A DNA stretch of 64,000 bases from Octopus bimaculoides (Eukaryota), in assembly GCF_001194135.2 (NCBI RefSeq), contig NC_068990.1:38331991-38395990 (forward strand). The letters run 5' to 3'. The translations under genes and the position numbers were made by a program. The notes beneath the pieces were generated by a model. That model saw only the letters and a program-made list of their open reading frames with translations, had not been told where the DNA came from and searched no databases. Position 1 is the stretch's first letter. Every line of letters begins with the position of its first letter. Below, piece after piece: positions 37,957 to 49,931 of this stretch.

Positions 37957-39339
37957 TATATTTTATATATATATATGTGTCTACGTGAGAGTGTGCATGT
38001 TCGTATTTATATGTATATATACTTACATACAGACATCTCACTCTATGCATACACACACACAGAGATCTCACTCTATGCATACACACGCGCACGCACACAC
38101 AGAGACAGACAACTACACCCAGACACACAAATATGTATATATGGATGTATGTATATGTCTAATATATATATGCATAAACCTACACGAATGTATGTGACTG
38201 AATGTATGTCTGATGTTGTGTATATACATATATATTAAAGTGTTGAAATGTTGATTCGGCAAAAGCAATAATGATATGGTACGTCTGTGCCTTCCTCGAA
38301 TATATTGATCACATGAATTGGATGACTGTATCTACAGTCTTGCTATGGACAGGTAACTAAAATCACTATCAGATTTAATATATCTGAGTGAAAATTGGAT
38401 AACACATGTGGAGCGAGTGTGATACCTCGATCAAATGACGTGTGGCTTTTAGTTGATAACATTGAGCTGTTCATTGGTCTGCCTACGCCACCAATGGGAC
38501 TCTTGTTTAATTAATGAGTCTTCTATTGGCATTTTCAATGCTATATTTAATTTCTTGCTGCTCTTATTGTTCTTATTGTTTAACCGCTAGTCAATTCTGA
38601 TCAAGTGGATTTATGTTCCAATCTACTTAAGCTCAGTTAATCCCAATCAGATTTCTTTTCTTTCTTTTCTTTTTTTCATTTTTAGAAATAGAGTACTCTG
38701 GATTCAATTATCCAATGAGCATAGATTGCTGTTGGTTGAAGATGTGGCTGCTATTTCTTATATGTTAGAGGACAGGACGGAGACACCTTCGGTGGTCGGA
38801 TTGTTGAATTCGGTGATGCTTCTGAAAGATAATACATGAATTCGGACCTGACGATATTCAGATTTTTAGCTACCATTACGAGTTGTGTCTTTTAGATGTA
38901 ACTATTAGATCAGATTTATAAAGCTGAGTTTTATAAAAAGAGACCTAACAGCCACACTAATATCTGTTTAAAAACTGAGCCGTATAAACCACCTTTTATC
39001 GTCGATTAAAAGTTTGGTGTTATAGCCGATATGAGTTGAGTGCAAATCGCTGAATATCAGCGTTCATGAGTACTTTTGAGCATCTCTTTGTACATTACGC
39101 TCAATTAAATATAATACTCATATACAGTCCGCGCAGAAGCAAGTAGCAGTAGCAGCAGCAAATCATCATCATCATCAGTTGCAGGATCAGCAGCAGCAGC
39201 AGCAGCAGTAGTAGTGGTGGTGGTTGTCGTTGTTGTTGTTGTTACTGTTGTTGTGGCTGTTGCTGTGGTTGCTACTATGCCTTTAAATTCTGTTTTAATT
39301 GCCCACTGATTTCAAGAACGGGCTGTAAGGATGAACAGG

Positions 39340-39341
39340 CT

Positions 39342-39376
<35 letters not shown>

Positions 39377-39411
39377 TTCTTCTTCGTCTTCTTCTTCTTC
39401 TTCTTCTTCTT

Positions 39412-39442
<31 letters not shown>

Positions 39443-39485
39443 TTCTTCTTCTTCTTCTTCTTCTTCTTCTTCTTCTTCTTCTTCT

Positions 39486-39521
<36 letters not shown>
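39340..39521. repeat. (CTT)n switching to (CTTT)n
   Basis: Direct reading. Confidence 0.96.
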
Positions 39522-39995
39522 TCGTACAGATAATAGTGAGGAACGAATGGTTGTTTTAGGGATGGGCTTTCTGGAATGCGATACGAAATACGTCCCTGCT
39601 CTATCAGTTGACGCTACGATAGTACCATCTGATAGGAAGCCACCGATGGACGTTTACACAGAAGGAAAACTTCGAAAGAATATATATTATTTCGTTGAAA
39701 GATGTGCTGATATCGATGATTTCAACAAAGATGCACAACATTTCTTAAAAGTAAAGTGCTCACTATTCAGTGTCGTAGGAGAGTCCAGTATATCTGACAC
39801 CACGAAAGCAGAGCTAGTGGGTTTGGCGTAGGAGTGTTGCTTAAGGATTTAGTGAAGCTTCTTCTAAAAGGCTTTTTTCATAATCTTCGTAGTATTCAAG
39901 TGGTTATGGTACACTATTATTTGGTAAGGCTAGGTTGGTTGTACTTCTTTGGAATAGCGACGAAATGCTAGAGGCATGCTTTGAGAAGCTTTTTT

Positions 39996-40195
39996 AGGTG
40001 CAGGCGTGGTTGTGTGGTAAGAAGCTTGTTTCTCAACCAAATGGTTCCGGAGTAAGTCTCACTGTGTGACACCTTCGGAAAGCATCTTCTAATAATGCCT
40101 CAGGTCAACCAAAGCCATGTGAGTAGATTTGGTAGAGGGAACCTAAAAGAATATATATATGGCAGTGTCTGTATGTATGTGACTATGTATGTGAG

Positions 40196-40236
<41 letters not shown>

Positions 40237-40300
40237 ACGTGTGCGTGTGCGTGTGTGTGTGTTTGTCCCTACCGCCTATTGACAACTGGTGTTAGTGTAT
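39996..40300 (+). mobile_element. CORE-type SINE family B, 3'-truncated, with internal (TG)n
   Basis: aggtgcaggcgtggttgtgtggtaagaagcttg...caaccaaagccatgtgagtagatttggtagagggaacc. Confidence 0.85.
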
Positions 40301-40589
40301 TCGCGGTAGTGTGTTTACACCTCATTTACGTCTGATTTATATCTCCGTATTTAAGTAAATTCTCGTTTAATTCGTATATAGACTTTTGAGAAAAGAATGC
40401 TATTAATAAATTATTTGATTTGAACACACACGCCTACAGACACAAACACAGGTCCACATAAGTATGCACAAACGAATAGGCATAAGTGCGTACACGCAGT
40501 TTCGTGTGTAAGTTTATGTGTACAAGTGTTTCTGCGTGTGTACTCTAACTTTACAATAGGAACACATTTGCAAGTTAGATATCACTATG

Positions 40590-40810
40590 TACGATGGGTT
40601 GCTGAAAAGTATCTGGCTTTGGTTAAAAGAAAATACAAGAGGATCAGTTAATTATCATTTTATTCAACACGTTCCCCTCTCGGATTCACATACTTATTGC
40701 TATGGTCCTTCAGTTTTTCTAAGCCCTGTAAAAGAACTCGGAAGAGGGGACCTCCAGTCAGGCCTTTCGCGATATACTTAGAGGCAACACCTCTTCAGTG
40801 TCCCTCCATA
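40590..40810. mobile_element. Mariner-derived MITE (~220 bp)
   Basis: Left end TA-cgatgggttgctgaaaagtatctggcttt (mariner-type TIR); degenerate complementary right end cttcagtgtccctcca-TA. Confidence 0.65.
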
Positions 40811-42029
40811 ATTTGAAAATCAAAGAAAATTGCCATTGGAAAACGAGAATAATATTTTAATAGTTTGACGCGGGAGATCAAAATAATATGGAGTAGAGGA
40901 ATTAATATCGAGTTTTAAATCAGTTTCCATGTAGTTACATAGATCTTCAAGTATCATTGCTGTCATGTTGAGTTTAGTGCATTATAGCTTTAAGGTGATA
41001 ACGACTCGAATGAATACATGTACTGGTACGAAGCGGGAGTGTATCTTATTGATATGTTTTTGAAGTTAAAATGTATATTGTAATGAAGCTCATGTTTCCT
41101 AGTTTAGGACCACGACTTACTATAATGCTGTAAAAGTCAAATGTAGCTGTGAAAAATTATTTCTGTCGTCATAAAAGTTAATTACGCTTAGGTGAACATG
41201 GCTCAGACCATAAGGTCGGCTGGTGTGTAAACACGTGAGCTGGAATCTTCTCGCTAAATGGCCGGGATCGAAATGTTATAAACTTCATTGACCTTATAAA
41301 AGTTGTTATTTTGAACTTCTAGACAGAATGACCTGAGCTGCTACTCGAATCTATGTTAGGTAAATTTGCGATATGTCTAAATGATTCTTATTCTTTCTAC
41401 TTGATTTGTTCTCAGTAACTATGAACTGTCTTCCTTTTACTATTTTGCATATATCACACAGAAAACTTACACTTATTTCATTCGATATCTTGCGAGTACT
41501 ATATCGTTTGTCCAGCTGTTGTATATATGTTAAAGCAAATTTTCAGGGTTAGTAAAATATGAGGATTAATACAATATATACGCGGCCACTAATAACACGT
41601 TTAATAAACCTACTAATGTTTAATAAACTTACTAATATACTAGAATATATTGCTGAGAAAACATAGAAGTGTTTCTAAAATCAAAATAAGTAGCGTGGTA
41701 CAATTGTATTCTGTTATTACAAACCGTATTCTATTTAAACGCTTTCGCCCTCAAATTCTATGTTATCAAACTCACCCTCGTCAACGTCAATTTCAATCTC
41801 GTCATCGAAAGTCTCAATCTCCTTAACATCGATCTTGACTACATTCTCATATGTCTCGATTACACTATCAACTTTAATTTCGTCATTATCAACTTCGATT
41901 TCGCCACAGACAATACTTTCTGTGTTGTCAACTTAAATTTAGTATTTTTCAGCTGTATTATTCATCCTCCATTATAGTCAACCAACGACAAAGCCTTTTA
42001 AATGGAGTTAGGAGAATCAATTTTCAAAT

Positions 42030-42500
42030 CATGATCATGATCGTACAGTGACTGAAATTGCCTATGTATCAGATATTCCTCTGACGAGTGTTCAAACTGT
42101 TACTCATTGTGTGAGGAGAAGGCTTCTTTTTTTATTGATAAAATGGGTTCGACATTAATCTGAGATCTAAACATGTTGGAGCAAAAATTAGAGAATCTCT
42201 TAATTATATCGCATACATTGCATCCCGAAATATGCATAAATATATGTTGTGGCATGAACAAAATGGAAAAATTTACTATAAACATAGAATTAGTACCTTC
42301 AACTACTTTAGCTTTTATGAGTTTATCGACCAATTCCATAGTCGGATCAATGAAAAACTCTTCACAAATTGTACACCGATTTTGGTGTACAATTATATAT
42401 TTGAAAATGCTGGTATTGTTATTTGATGATAGTAAATATGTGTTTGTGCCAGTCGATAAAGATATTTTGTTGTCGCAGGTGACACATGATCATTCGTGAA
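42030..42500 (+). pseudogene. Ancient mariner transposase relic
   Basis: Across frames, in the correct order: HDRTVTEIAYVSDIPLTSVQTV (second HTH), KWVRH (WVPHEL-like), HRIST, KMLVLLFDDSKYVFV (KVMxxVFWDSxGV-like). Confidence 0.4.
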
Positions 42501-43043
42501 ACTCACTAGTGATCTTAATTTCTTACCTAATAAGTTGTGATACGTTTTCTCAAATTTGATCCTTTATTACATATCAAATGGTTTTCATACTTCATTGTGC
42601 ATAGGGCATTTTTTTCGTTCAAAATTTCAACTTACTTCCATGCATTCTAGAAGAAACTTATTAATGAAATATGTACCACTCATCTCTTTCTTTTCATAAA
42701 ACATTCAAATGTTTCAATGAAAATATTTAGATAGCATATATTTTAAACGAAATATGAACCCTCTCAAAACAGTAAACCGAATTAATTATTGCTGTTTTTT
42801 AGGCATTTGCAACAGACGAAAGAGTTCAATACATAAGGGGAAAACAGTTTACTGTCTGAGAAATGTTACTATCTGAGAAAATTTGTAACAGGAATATATT
42901 AAATATCGAAATTTTGCGTAGTGGTAAGGTCGGTATATAACTGAAGGTTAACGATGGGCTACAGAATATTCATGTCGATCCACACCGCCTAGGGTTATGG
43001 GTCTCTGCTTTAGATGTTCTTTAAAAATACCTTTTTTTTCAAA

Positions 43044-43842
43044 CTGGATAAGAAATGGAAGGGCATTACGAACTGGGCAGTTAACCTCACCCCAACATGC
43101 ACTGAATTAAATATTCACAAAGGTCGAGCAGAGTGGCAAAATTATAGTATCCAGCATCTCTAGTATTTGTAATCATCTACTAGTGTTACTTTTTATTTGG
43201 TTTCTCGTCTCCATTCAAGAGTTTGCTCTCGCGATTTTTCGAGGAGGGAGTAGAACTTGTGATGTTTCATCTACTACTAACATATTCTGCCAATAACCTC
43301 TACCACGACTTGTGATGTGCTTTCTAGCACAGAAACAGCAATACTAATGGAGATTTCTGGACAGTGAGTAGGTTGTCGATTTTCGGGCGCATTTTGTTTA
43401 GATTAGAAACAATTTAAGTAGGTAAAGAGCAAGATTGGGGTTCTGGGATTTAGAGTATTATATGGCTGACAAATTATTTATTGGAAAGAGAATGCAGTTA
43501 GGATCTAGCGTCTATATTTGCACATATACAGCTGGTTCGTAGATGGCATAAAGGACTCTATACAACAAGCAAACAAAGCAACTTGTTACTTTGTTTCATA
43601 GAGTGCTGGACCAGGGCTTATAAATGACTTCCAGGAATCATTGACGTTTCATTCCTACCAGGAAGAAAGTGAAGGAAGTGCCGAAAATTTAGAAGGGAGA
43701 AAAAGTGTAATGAAACAGGAAAAGAGATGCTGGATACTATAATTTTGCCAACTCTGCTCGACTTTTGTAAATATTTAATTCAGTGCATGTCGGGGATGAA
43801 GTTAACTGCCCTGTTCTTAATGCCCTTCCATTTCTTATCCAG
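43044..43842. repeat. Inverted repeat pair of ~120 bp (43044-43161 / 43723-43842) around a ~560-bp spacer
   Basis: 6 substitutions and 2 single-base indels in 120 aligned positions; no TSD found. Confidence 0.95.
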
Positions 43843-43890
43843 ATAACGAAAACAGAGAAGAAAGAGCCGAAAATGTAGCATACAGGATAG
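43843..43890 (+). CDS. Candidate 48-nt symmetric (phase 1-1) exon: xNENREERAENVAYRIx
   Basis: Acceptor ccttccatttcttatcCAG, donor tag|GTAAGT, open frame, joins in phase to 32592-32641. Confidence 0.35.
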
Positions 43891-45172
43891 GTAAGTAGCA
43901 TAGAATATATTTTCTCCCCGCTTAAGTTTTTGTCTTTTTCGGGTTTTCGGATATGTAGATTTAAGTCACCTACCTGTTCTCACGTTTAAGTCTGACGTGG
44001 ATGTTGGCTGAATCCACTGTTAAAAATCAATCACACACCATTTATTTCTTATGAAGGAGGAGCAGCCAGATTTACTCTAAATGGCTGCCAAGGGAGTAGA
44101 GTTCGCTTGAATGATGAAGTTTAAAAGACTTGAGGTCACACTTTGAGGCTTACGGTCACCACCCAATCCTTCATTAACTTATTTTCTGTATCCCTAGGAG
44201 TTAAGAGCGAAGGCAAAGAGAATGTTACTGTTCTTGGGCAAATATGCTGAAATATGGATGTAACATGGTGCTCAAGAAAAATTTGATTGTTATAGTCTAC
44301 ATGCATGTCTTAGTCTGAAGGGAACAACGAAGTTCTTAAGGGGACAATGTGAAAAAGTGTTAAGTAGGGTGATTCATTTCATGGTGAAACTCTATCCCGT
44401 TCTAGAAAATTAACTTTGTTTAATATTTGGGGGATACCTATCAAACGTTAACTTTTTTTTTCCTGTTGCATTACACTTTTTCTCCCTTCTAAATCTGTTG
44501 GATGTGTAAACTAGCGCATGTCGTGTAACCTTTCCGTATGACATATTTTGTATCATACAGTAAGCCTTGTGACCAATATAGACGAATTGTTGTTGCTTTC
44601 TGATTCTTATTTCCTTCTTGTTATTGTCGATAACGAAAACTATAAAATACAAACAGGTGAAGAAATAAGCAAACGATGGTGAACATTGAAGGCAAAAACA
44701 ATGTTGATGATAAACCCGCTGCTCCATCGCTCGATCGGTTAAGATTTATGTTGGTAACATTCAATATTGAAACCTCTCTCTTACTGATATCAGAAGATAC
44801 TTTAACGTAGATAGGTAAAGAGAAGCCATGGTGGGTGCGGGTAGTTTATTGGAGGAAGCCATGTTTCCTATTTCGCTTATCTGCTAGGTAGCAGCTATTT
44901 TGAACTTAAATATATGAGGCATGATTTCGCAATTTTACTTTCACTTTCATTTTTGTGTTTTATATACGATTTTTTTATTGTTATTTTCATACGATCAATT
45001 TTTTTATTAGGCTTATATCATTATTGTTTTTATTTCAATATCGTTTTCAATGCTTATATATCTGTGTCTCTGCTAATGTGGGCGCGATTAATGTGTGAAC
45101 GTGAGTGTAAAAGTGTCTTTGAATATACATATATCTATATTTATCTATCTATCTATATATATATACATATAT

Positions 45173-45210
<38 letters not shown>

Positions 45211-45244
45211 TTGTGTATAGATGGGTGTGTGTGTTTGTATGTGC

Positions 45245-45276
<32 letters not shown>

Positions 45277-45531
45277 TTATACATATGTATATATCCATGT
45301 ATACATGTATATGTGTATATATATGTACATGTCTGTGCGTATGTGTCTGTGTGCTGAGTGTGTTCAGACTGATGTGTTGTATTTTTTGCTCGTGTTGTTT
45401 AAAAATTGTAACACCTATTCTATTATCTATCGAAATACAACATAAAACAATCGATCGAGATGCGCATGCACACTCGTAGAGGAACACACATATATGACTA
45501 CATACATTTATATATATGCATATATATACAT

Positions 45532-45606
<75 letters not shown>

Positions 45607-45872
45607 TATGTATGGATATAGATATGTATGCATATGTGTGTTTGTGAATGTGTGTGAATATATGTATTTACAATTTCAAAATCAACACTATACAAAAAAA
45701 ATTAAATAAGAAATACATGGATGCAGGGGTGGAAAAAATATGCTCACAAAGAAGTGAAAGACACCTGTCATGCTGAGATAAACGCAAAAGTAACACCAAA
45801 CAACTAAATAAAATATAGATAAAATAAAATTCTAGTATATTTCCTACATTTATGTTTTTCGATTGAATAATA

Positions 45873-46049
45873 TTCTTCTTCTTCTTCTTCTTCTTCTTCT
45901 TCTTCTTCTTCTTCTTCTTCTTCTTCTTCTTCTTCTTCTTCTTCTTCTTCTTCTTCTTCTTCTTCTTCTTCTTCTTCTTCTTCTTCTTCTTCTTCTTCTT
46001 CTTCTTCTTCTTCTTCTTCTTCTTCTTCTTCTTCTCATTATTACTATTA

Positions 46050-46124
<75 letters not shown>
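45873..46124. repeat. (TCT)n switching to (TTA)n
   Basis: Direct reading; source of the poly-R, poly-L and poly-I ORFs. Confidence 0.97.
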
Positions 46125-46125
<1 letters not shown>

Positions 46126-46721
46126 TGGAAAATGTTATAAGCTAAAAGAACAAAACACAACTGAGATTCTTTAACAAAATATATTAAAATAATGACAGTT
46201 AAAAAAAATAACATAAATTACCATTGATATTTAATAATTCTTCAGATCTTGTATGTGTGTATGTATATATATATATATGCGGTGAATATATGTTTATGAA
46301 TGTGTATTATCTCCGTGTGAATATTTTTTTGGTAACATTTGCATCAGTTTTTTTAAAATTCTTTATATGTTTCAGCTTCGCTTTTTTTTTATTTCTTTAT
46401 TTTATTTTAGTTTAGTTTTTTTTAGTTTGCTTTATTTTATTATTTTTTTAGTTCATTGTTACATCTTCTTGCTGCAGAGATAGTTGAAAACTTTTTGAAG
46501 AAACATAATTCAATATATGATTCTAAATATGTGTAATGCAAACTGTGTATTTTTTTATTCATCATTTCTTTCAGCTGATATTGTTTTATAGCATCGATAT
46601 TTAATCTCATAAATTGGATGTGTGAAACGAGTTGGTGTAGAGTGAACAATGATGAAATTGAGGATTTGTATATATTCAAGACGTACTTCAACCTCCTTAC
46701 CATGTCGTCAGTCTCTTCTAC

Positions 46722-47380
46722 ACGGGTTATAAACATCATATGTAATGAAATTTAAACAAATGATATATATTTTATGAAACAATGTTCAGTACACCCTTTT
46801 TAATAACTAAATTATAGCACTCTTTATATCCATGCATGCGTTCAATGTAGCTGTGGTTATAAGTATACATGCGAATGTATACGTGTATCTATTTGATATT
46901 TACAAATGTTTAACATTTCGTATTTTTTACATCAAAATCTTTACTGCTAGTTCATAATTTATTAATATTCTTTGATGTTAATTCTCATTTCTATATCTGA
47001 TTAAGATGAGATATATTTCTCTGTTTCTTATGTCCTACAGGGTTATAAACACCATATATAACGATATTTAAACAAATTATATATATTTTATGAAACAATG
47101 TTCAATACAACTTGTTTAATAACCGAATTATAGCACTCTTTCTAAATATAGGTATACTCGTAAGTATATGAGCATATATATCTGTGTATGTGTTTGTGTG
47201 CATGTGTGTCAGTGCTATGCTATGTGTGTGTATGCATTTGTATGGTGTTTACAGTAGTCTAACTTTTAATATCATTTTATATCAACATCTTAACTGTTAA
47301 CTTATAATTTATTCATAATATTTAATGTTACTTTGCAATGTACATCAGATTAAGATAGGATAACTTTCGATACTTCCTGC
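46722..47380 (+). repeat. Diverged tandem duplication, two units of ~320-340 bp
   Basis: gggttataaaca.cata...tttatgaaacaatgttca...aattatagcactcttt at 46722 and 47039, with matching later blocks (cagattaagat / ctgattaagat). Confidence 0.85.
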
Positions 47381-47733
47381 AAATCATATATGGGTGAAAC
47401 CTGACCTCTGACCGAACACAGAAACTATCTGAATATAGACATTTTGTTAGGAAATTTATATTATCCTTTAGACAGTAGAGGAAAGGGCAGTACGTATGAA
47501 TTTTTGTTACACGCCTTGTGAGTGTGGTTTATGAGAACTGTTATTGTTGTTATTTAATTACAGGACTGTACTTTTTATTTTATATCAGTTAATAGGATAG
47601 ATTAATTCGAGTTGGTTTGAATTATTAACGTATGTTTGGTATTTCTATCAAGAGAACACTTTAGCCATCTAATCTTCCATTCTAGCAGTTTTATTATCTC
47701 TCCCTACACCCAATCTGTCTTCGAAACACACTT

Positions 47734-47789
<56 letters not shown>

Positions 47790-48076
47790 NNNNNNNNNNN
47801 NNNNNNNNNNNNNNNNNNNNNNNNNNNNNNNNNNNNNNNNNNNNNNNNNNNNNNNNNNNNNNNNNNNNNNNNNNNNNNNNNNNNNNNNNNNNNNNNNNNN
47901 NNNNNNNNNNNNNNNNNNNNNNNNNNNNNNNNNNNNNNNNNNNNNNNNNNNNNNNNNNNNNNNNNNNNNNNNNNNNNNNNNNNNNNNNNNNNNNNNNNNN
48001 NNNNNNNNNNNNNNNNNTATATATATATATCTTTCTCTGTCTATCAACGTATCTATCCCTGTATGTGTGTATCTAC

Positions 48077-48120
<44 letters not shown>

Positions 48121-49723
48121 ATATGTTTTGTGGCAGACGATCGTAACATTTTTCAATACAACTTTAGAAGTGTGGAGAGGTTGATATATACGCATATATG
48201 CTCAAAATGAACAGGAATTACAAACCCGGCCCACGGTTTCATTCAATCGGCATGTCAGTGACTTGGGAAGAGATATCAGGATTTACTGTTGGTTGTGTAT
48301 GTTGTGCATGTGACGTCAGCGTCGTTAGCCATTTGCTATACATCATGTGTTATTTTCTGAAATTTCCCAAAAAGAAATCTGACCAGTGTTGACCCGTCAG
48401 AATTCTTTCGGTTTTTTCATTTAAGTTAGAAGGGATTAGTGAAGCAAATGATTTAGACAAAACCAAGGTTCAAAGAATGTTTACTCATTTTTAATTGGCT
48501 ATCCTTTAAACAACTTGGTTCATGTGATGTTGATAGCTTTTTCTTTGTCTCCGTATTTCCAGATATTTGAAATCGTTGAGGTACATTTGAGAAGATGTTG
48601 TAAGGAAATTTCTAAAGAAGCACATTGCAAACCTAACTACATTGTTGACAAGATTTTGTTCTGAAAGTCATTCTATCCAAATGATAATACATGTGTAGAT
48701 CTCCCTCAGGAATTTCAAAGAGGATCTCGGCTGCCGTATATGACAGCTAACAACTGAATCCAATGCTTTATTTAAATTCTATTACTGGAACTATCATTTT
48801 AAATATTCCATCCAGCCCCCCAATGTGTGCGGTTTGTAAAATAATAATACTTTCCAGTGCATACTTTCCTTTTTAAACTTTTAAAGAATATTATGTTGCT
48901 ATTTGCAACTTGTCGAGCGATGTCGTATCTAAGTACCGAAAAATTAAGATTTACTTTTCTCAAACAAAAAAAAAAACACCCTCTGAACCTTCATTACCAT
49001 ATCAAATTATCTGAACTGTGTTATTCACTGTAGTACAGACATTTTCGGGTGAATCTGTTTCTAATTTCGTCGTTAATCACCTAAACTATACGAACCTATA
49101 CTTTGTTATTCTCAAACTAATTTCAGATTATGTAAATTTTAATCTATTAGGTTTATTCGCAATTGATGCGGTTCCTTTTGATTTCGGTGTTGTTGTTGGC
49201 GAAGGTGTTAGCAGTGCCATTGCTGTAGCAGTTTTGAACTATGAGTAAGCATCAAAACAGTCCAGTTATGACCAGTTCACATAGTTTCTCTAGAACAACA
49301 TTATCTAACATATTCTACCTTCTTTTACGAAAGCAGCGAGAGATTTGAAAGAGTTTTCATTGCCTTTTAAAACAGGGTGTCAAAGTTCTGGGTTTCTACT
49401 TGGCACAAGAAAATAATAAATTTTAGTCAAGGTGATAAGATGGGTATGGACAGGCGAGAGAAATTTGTGCAGAGACAGATAATAAATGGTAACATATATG
49501 TTTGTATATGCATGTCCTTACATATGCAAGAGTACACGTATGAATGTGTATGTATGTATGTATGTATGTATGTATGTATGCATGTATGCATGTATGTATG
49601 TATGTATGTTTTCTTTGGGTTTTATTTAAGTTCTTAAGAGATTTCAAATCTGTTGCTAATAAAGCGACAGGACTTTTTAAGCTGAGACGGTTCCCGGTAA
49701 TATAGTTCTATATTTATGAAATG

Positions 49724-49931
49724 AGGAATTATGTACATTATATACATTATTTACATTTGGCAGACATTTGTCCTCATCTTGATTGTTGTTAACACGACGT
49801 TTCGGCTGATGTACTCTCCAGCCTTCATCAGGTGTCTAGGGCAAATTTCGAACATGGGTTCTCATTCCTAAGGTATTTTTCGATGTTCTCATGATTATTA
49901 TTGTCATTATTATTATTATTATTATTATTAT
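49724..49931 (-). mobile_element. Headless half-copy of the 22789-23329 element: hammerhead tail plus (ATT)n linker
   Basis: aggaattatgtacatta...tcctcatctt...cagccttcatcaggtgtc...gggttctcattcctaaggtatttttc matches the left arm at 22789-22950. Confidence 0.92.
49791..49836 (-). ncRNA. Intact minimal type I hammerhead ribozyme, GUC cleavage site (cut between 49796 and 49795)
   Basis: gacac CUGAUGA A ggcug-gagaguacau-cagcc GAAA CG UC gtgtt: 5-bp stem I, full catalytic core, 5-bp stem II, palindromic ACGU stem III. Confidence 0.8.

Noticed and set aside
38770-38830. SITEFNNPTTEGV on the minus strand, similar to the gag at 7.8 kb
   Set aside because: Similarity does not extend in either direction; probably chance.
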